Made by a program: the position numbers and the translations under genes. A DNA stretch of 62,413 nucleotides, counting the filler, from Atractiella rhizophila (taxonomy: Eukaryota): assembly GCA_021432655.1 (NCBI GenBank). It is 26 parts of 26 records of this genome, joined end to end, with 100 filler letters (N's around TTAATTAATTAA, not from the genome) between each part and the next. Parts side by side here need not be neighbours in the genome. Positions count along the whole stretch, not along the records: positions 60,176 to 62,413 come from MU272729.1; 25 more parts are not named here. One strand, written 5' to 3'. The notes under the pieces were generated by a model, which had not been told where the DNA came from, made no database searches, and saw nothing but the letters and a program-made list of their open reading frames with translations. Of the stretch, positions 62,036-62,413 are shown piece by piece (within the stretch, counting starts at the first letter, position 1; every line of letters begins with the position of its first letter).

Positions 62036-62413
62036 ACGTTCTGTGCAAGAGTAGAACACAAGCAAAGTTGAGCGGGAAATCCTATAAAGCTGTGTAGCTA
62101 ATAATCGAGACGGCATTCTCACATCATGGAGCTCTCGATCTTGAGGGTATCAAATCGCTGTGCTCGTTTATGTCCACCGTCGTCAGTCACCGAGGTCTCT
62201 TCTCGCTCTCACTACTAGAGAGGCACATAAACAGAAACTAAGGTACTCTGACATCCTGTCGGCCACCTATGTATCAAAAATGTGAGCTGAGTGCACGAGT
62301 ATGTCACCAAGGTTCTAGGCCTTCTGAGCTCAGCACAAACGGCACACTACCACCTGAAATAGTGTAGGGTTGGATTTTTTCAGTGTCGAATTTAGTGCCA
62401 CCAGTTGCTATCA

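Noticed and set aside
1..62413. Treating the transporters, hydrolases, SDR and MDR genes as a biosynthetic gene cluster
   Set aside because: They are on different size-sorted contigs, so adjacency carries no information, and no backbone synthase is present.
62210..62413. CACTACTAGAG as a possible CACTA transposon terminus
   Set aside because: Only a short match, with no partner TIR or transposase in view.

Overview
This window is not one continuous locus. It is 26 short contigs (about 2.24-2.36 kb, in descending size order) joined by 25 artificial 100-nt spacers (44 N + TTAATTAATTAA + 44 N), so nothing can be inferred from adjacency across a spacer. The DNA is an intron-rich fungal genome (many ~45-75 nt GT-AG introns with CTRAY branch points). 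An HD1-like homeodomain gene and FunK1 kinases point to a basidiomycete; this is inference. Recognisable genes, most cut by contig ends: PM20D2-like M20 amidohydrolase, ABCC transporter, MetAP1, DHA1 MFS transporter, TALE/HD1-like homeodomain protein, USP36/42-like deubiquitinase, FunK1 kinase plus a FunK1 pseudogene, RRP8, carboxylesterase, secreted class-3 lipase with a tandem paralog, tRNA-Ser(GCT), BNA3-like aminotransferase, SDR, PLD-family protein, TTI1 and an MDR enoyl-reductase pseudogene. Decayed mobile elements include Ty1/copia remnants, a hAT end and a P-element-like transposase. I see no convincing new multi-gene system. The most unusual signals are in splicing: MetAP1 needs a 2-nt micro-exon, has an 817-nt intron and has an apparent zero-length exon (AG|GTAAGT); the BNA3-like gene has a probable 4-nt micro-exon. 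Other candidates are an apparently orphan HD1-like gene, an uncharacterised CaaX-box protein, an in-frame copia gag/host-like fusion and a cluster of triloop mini-hairpins. All family assignments come from reading motifs by eye; no searches were run.
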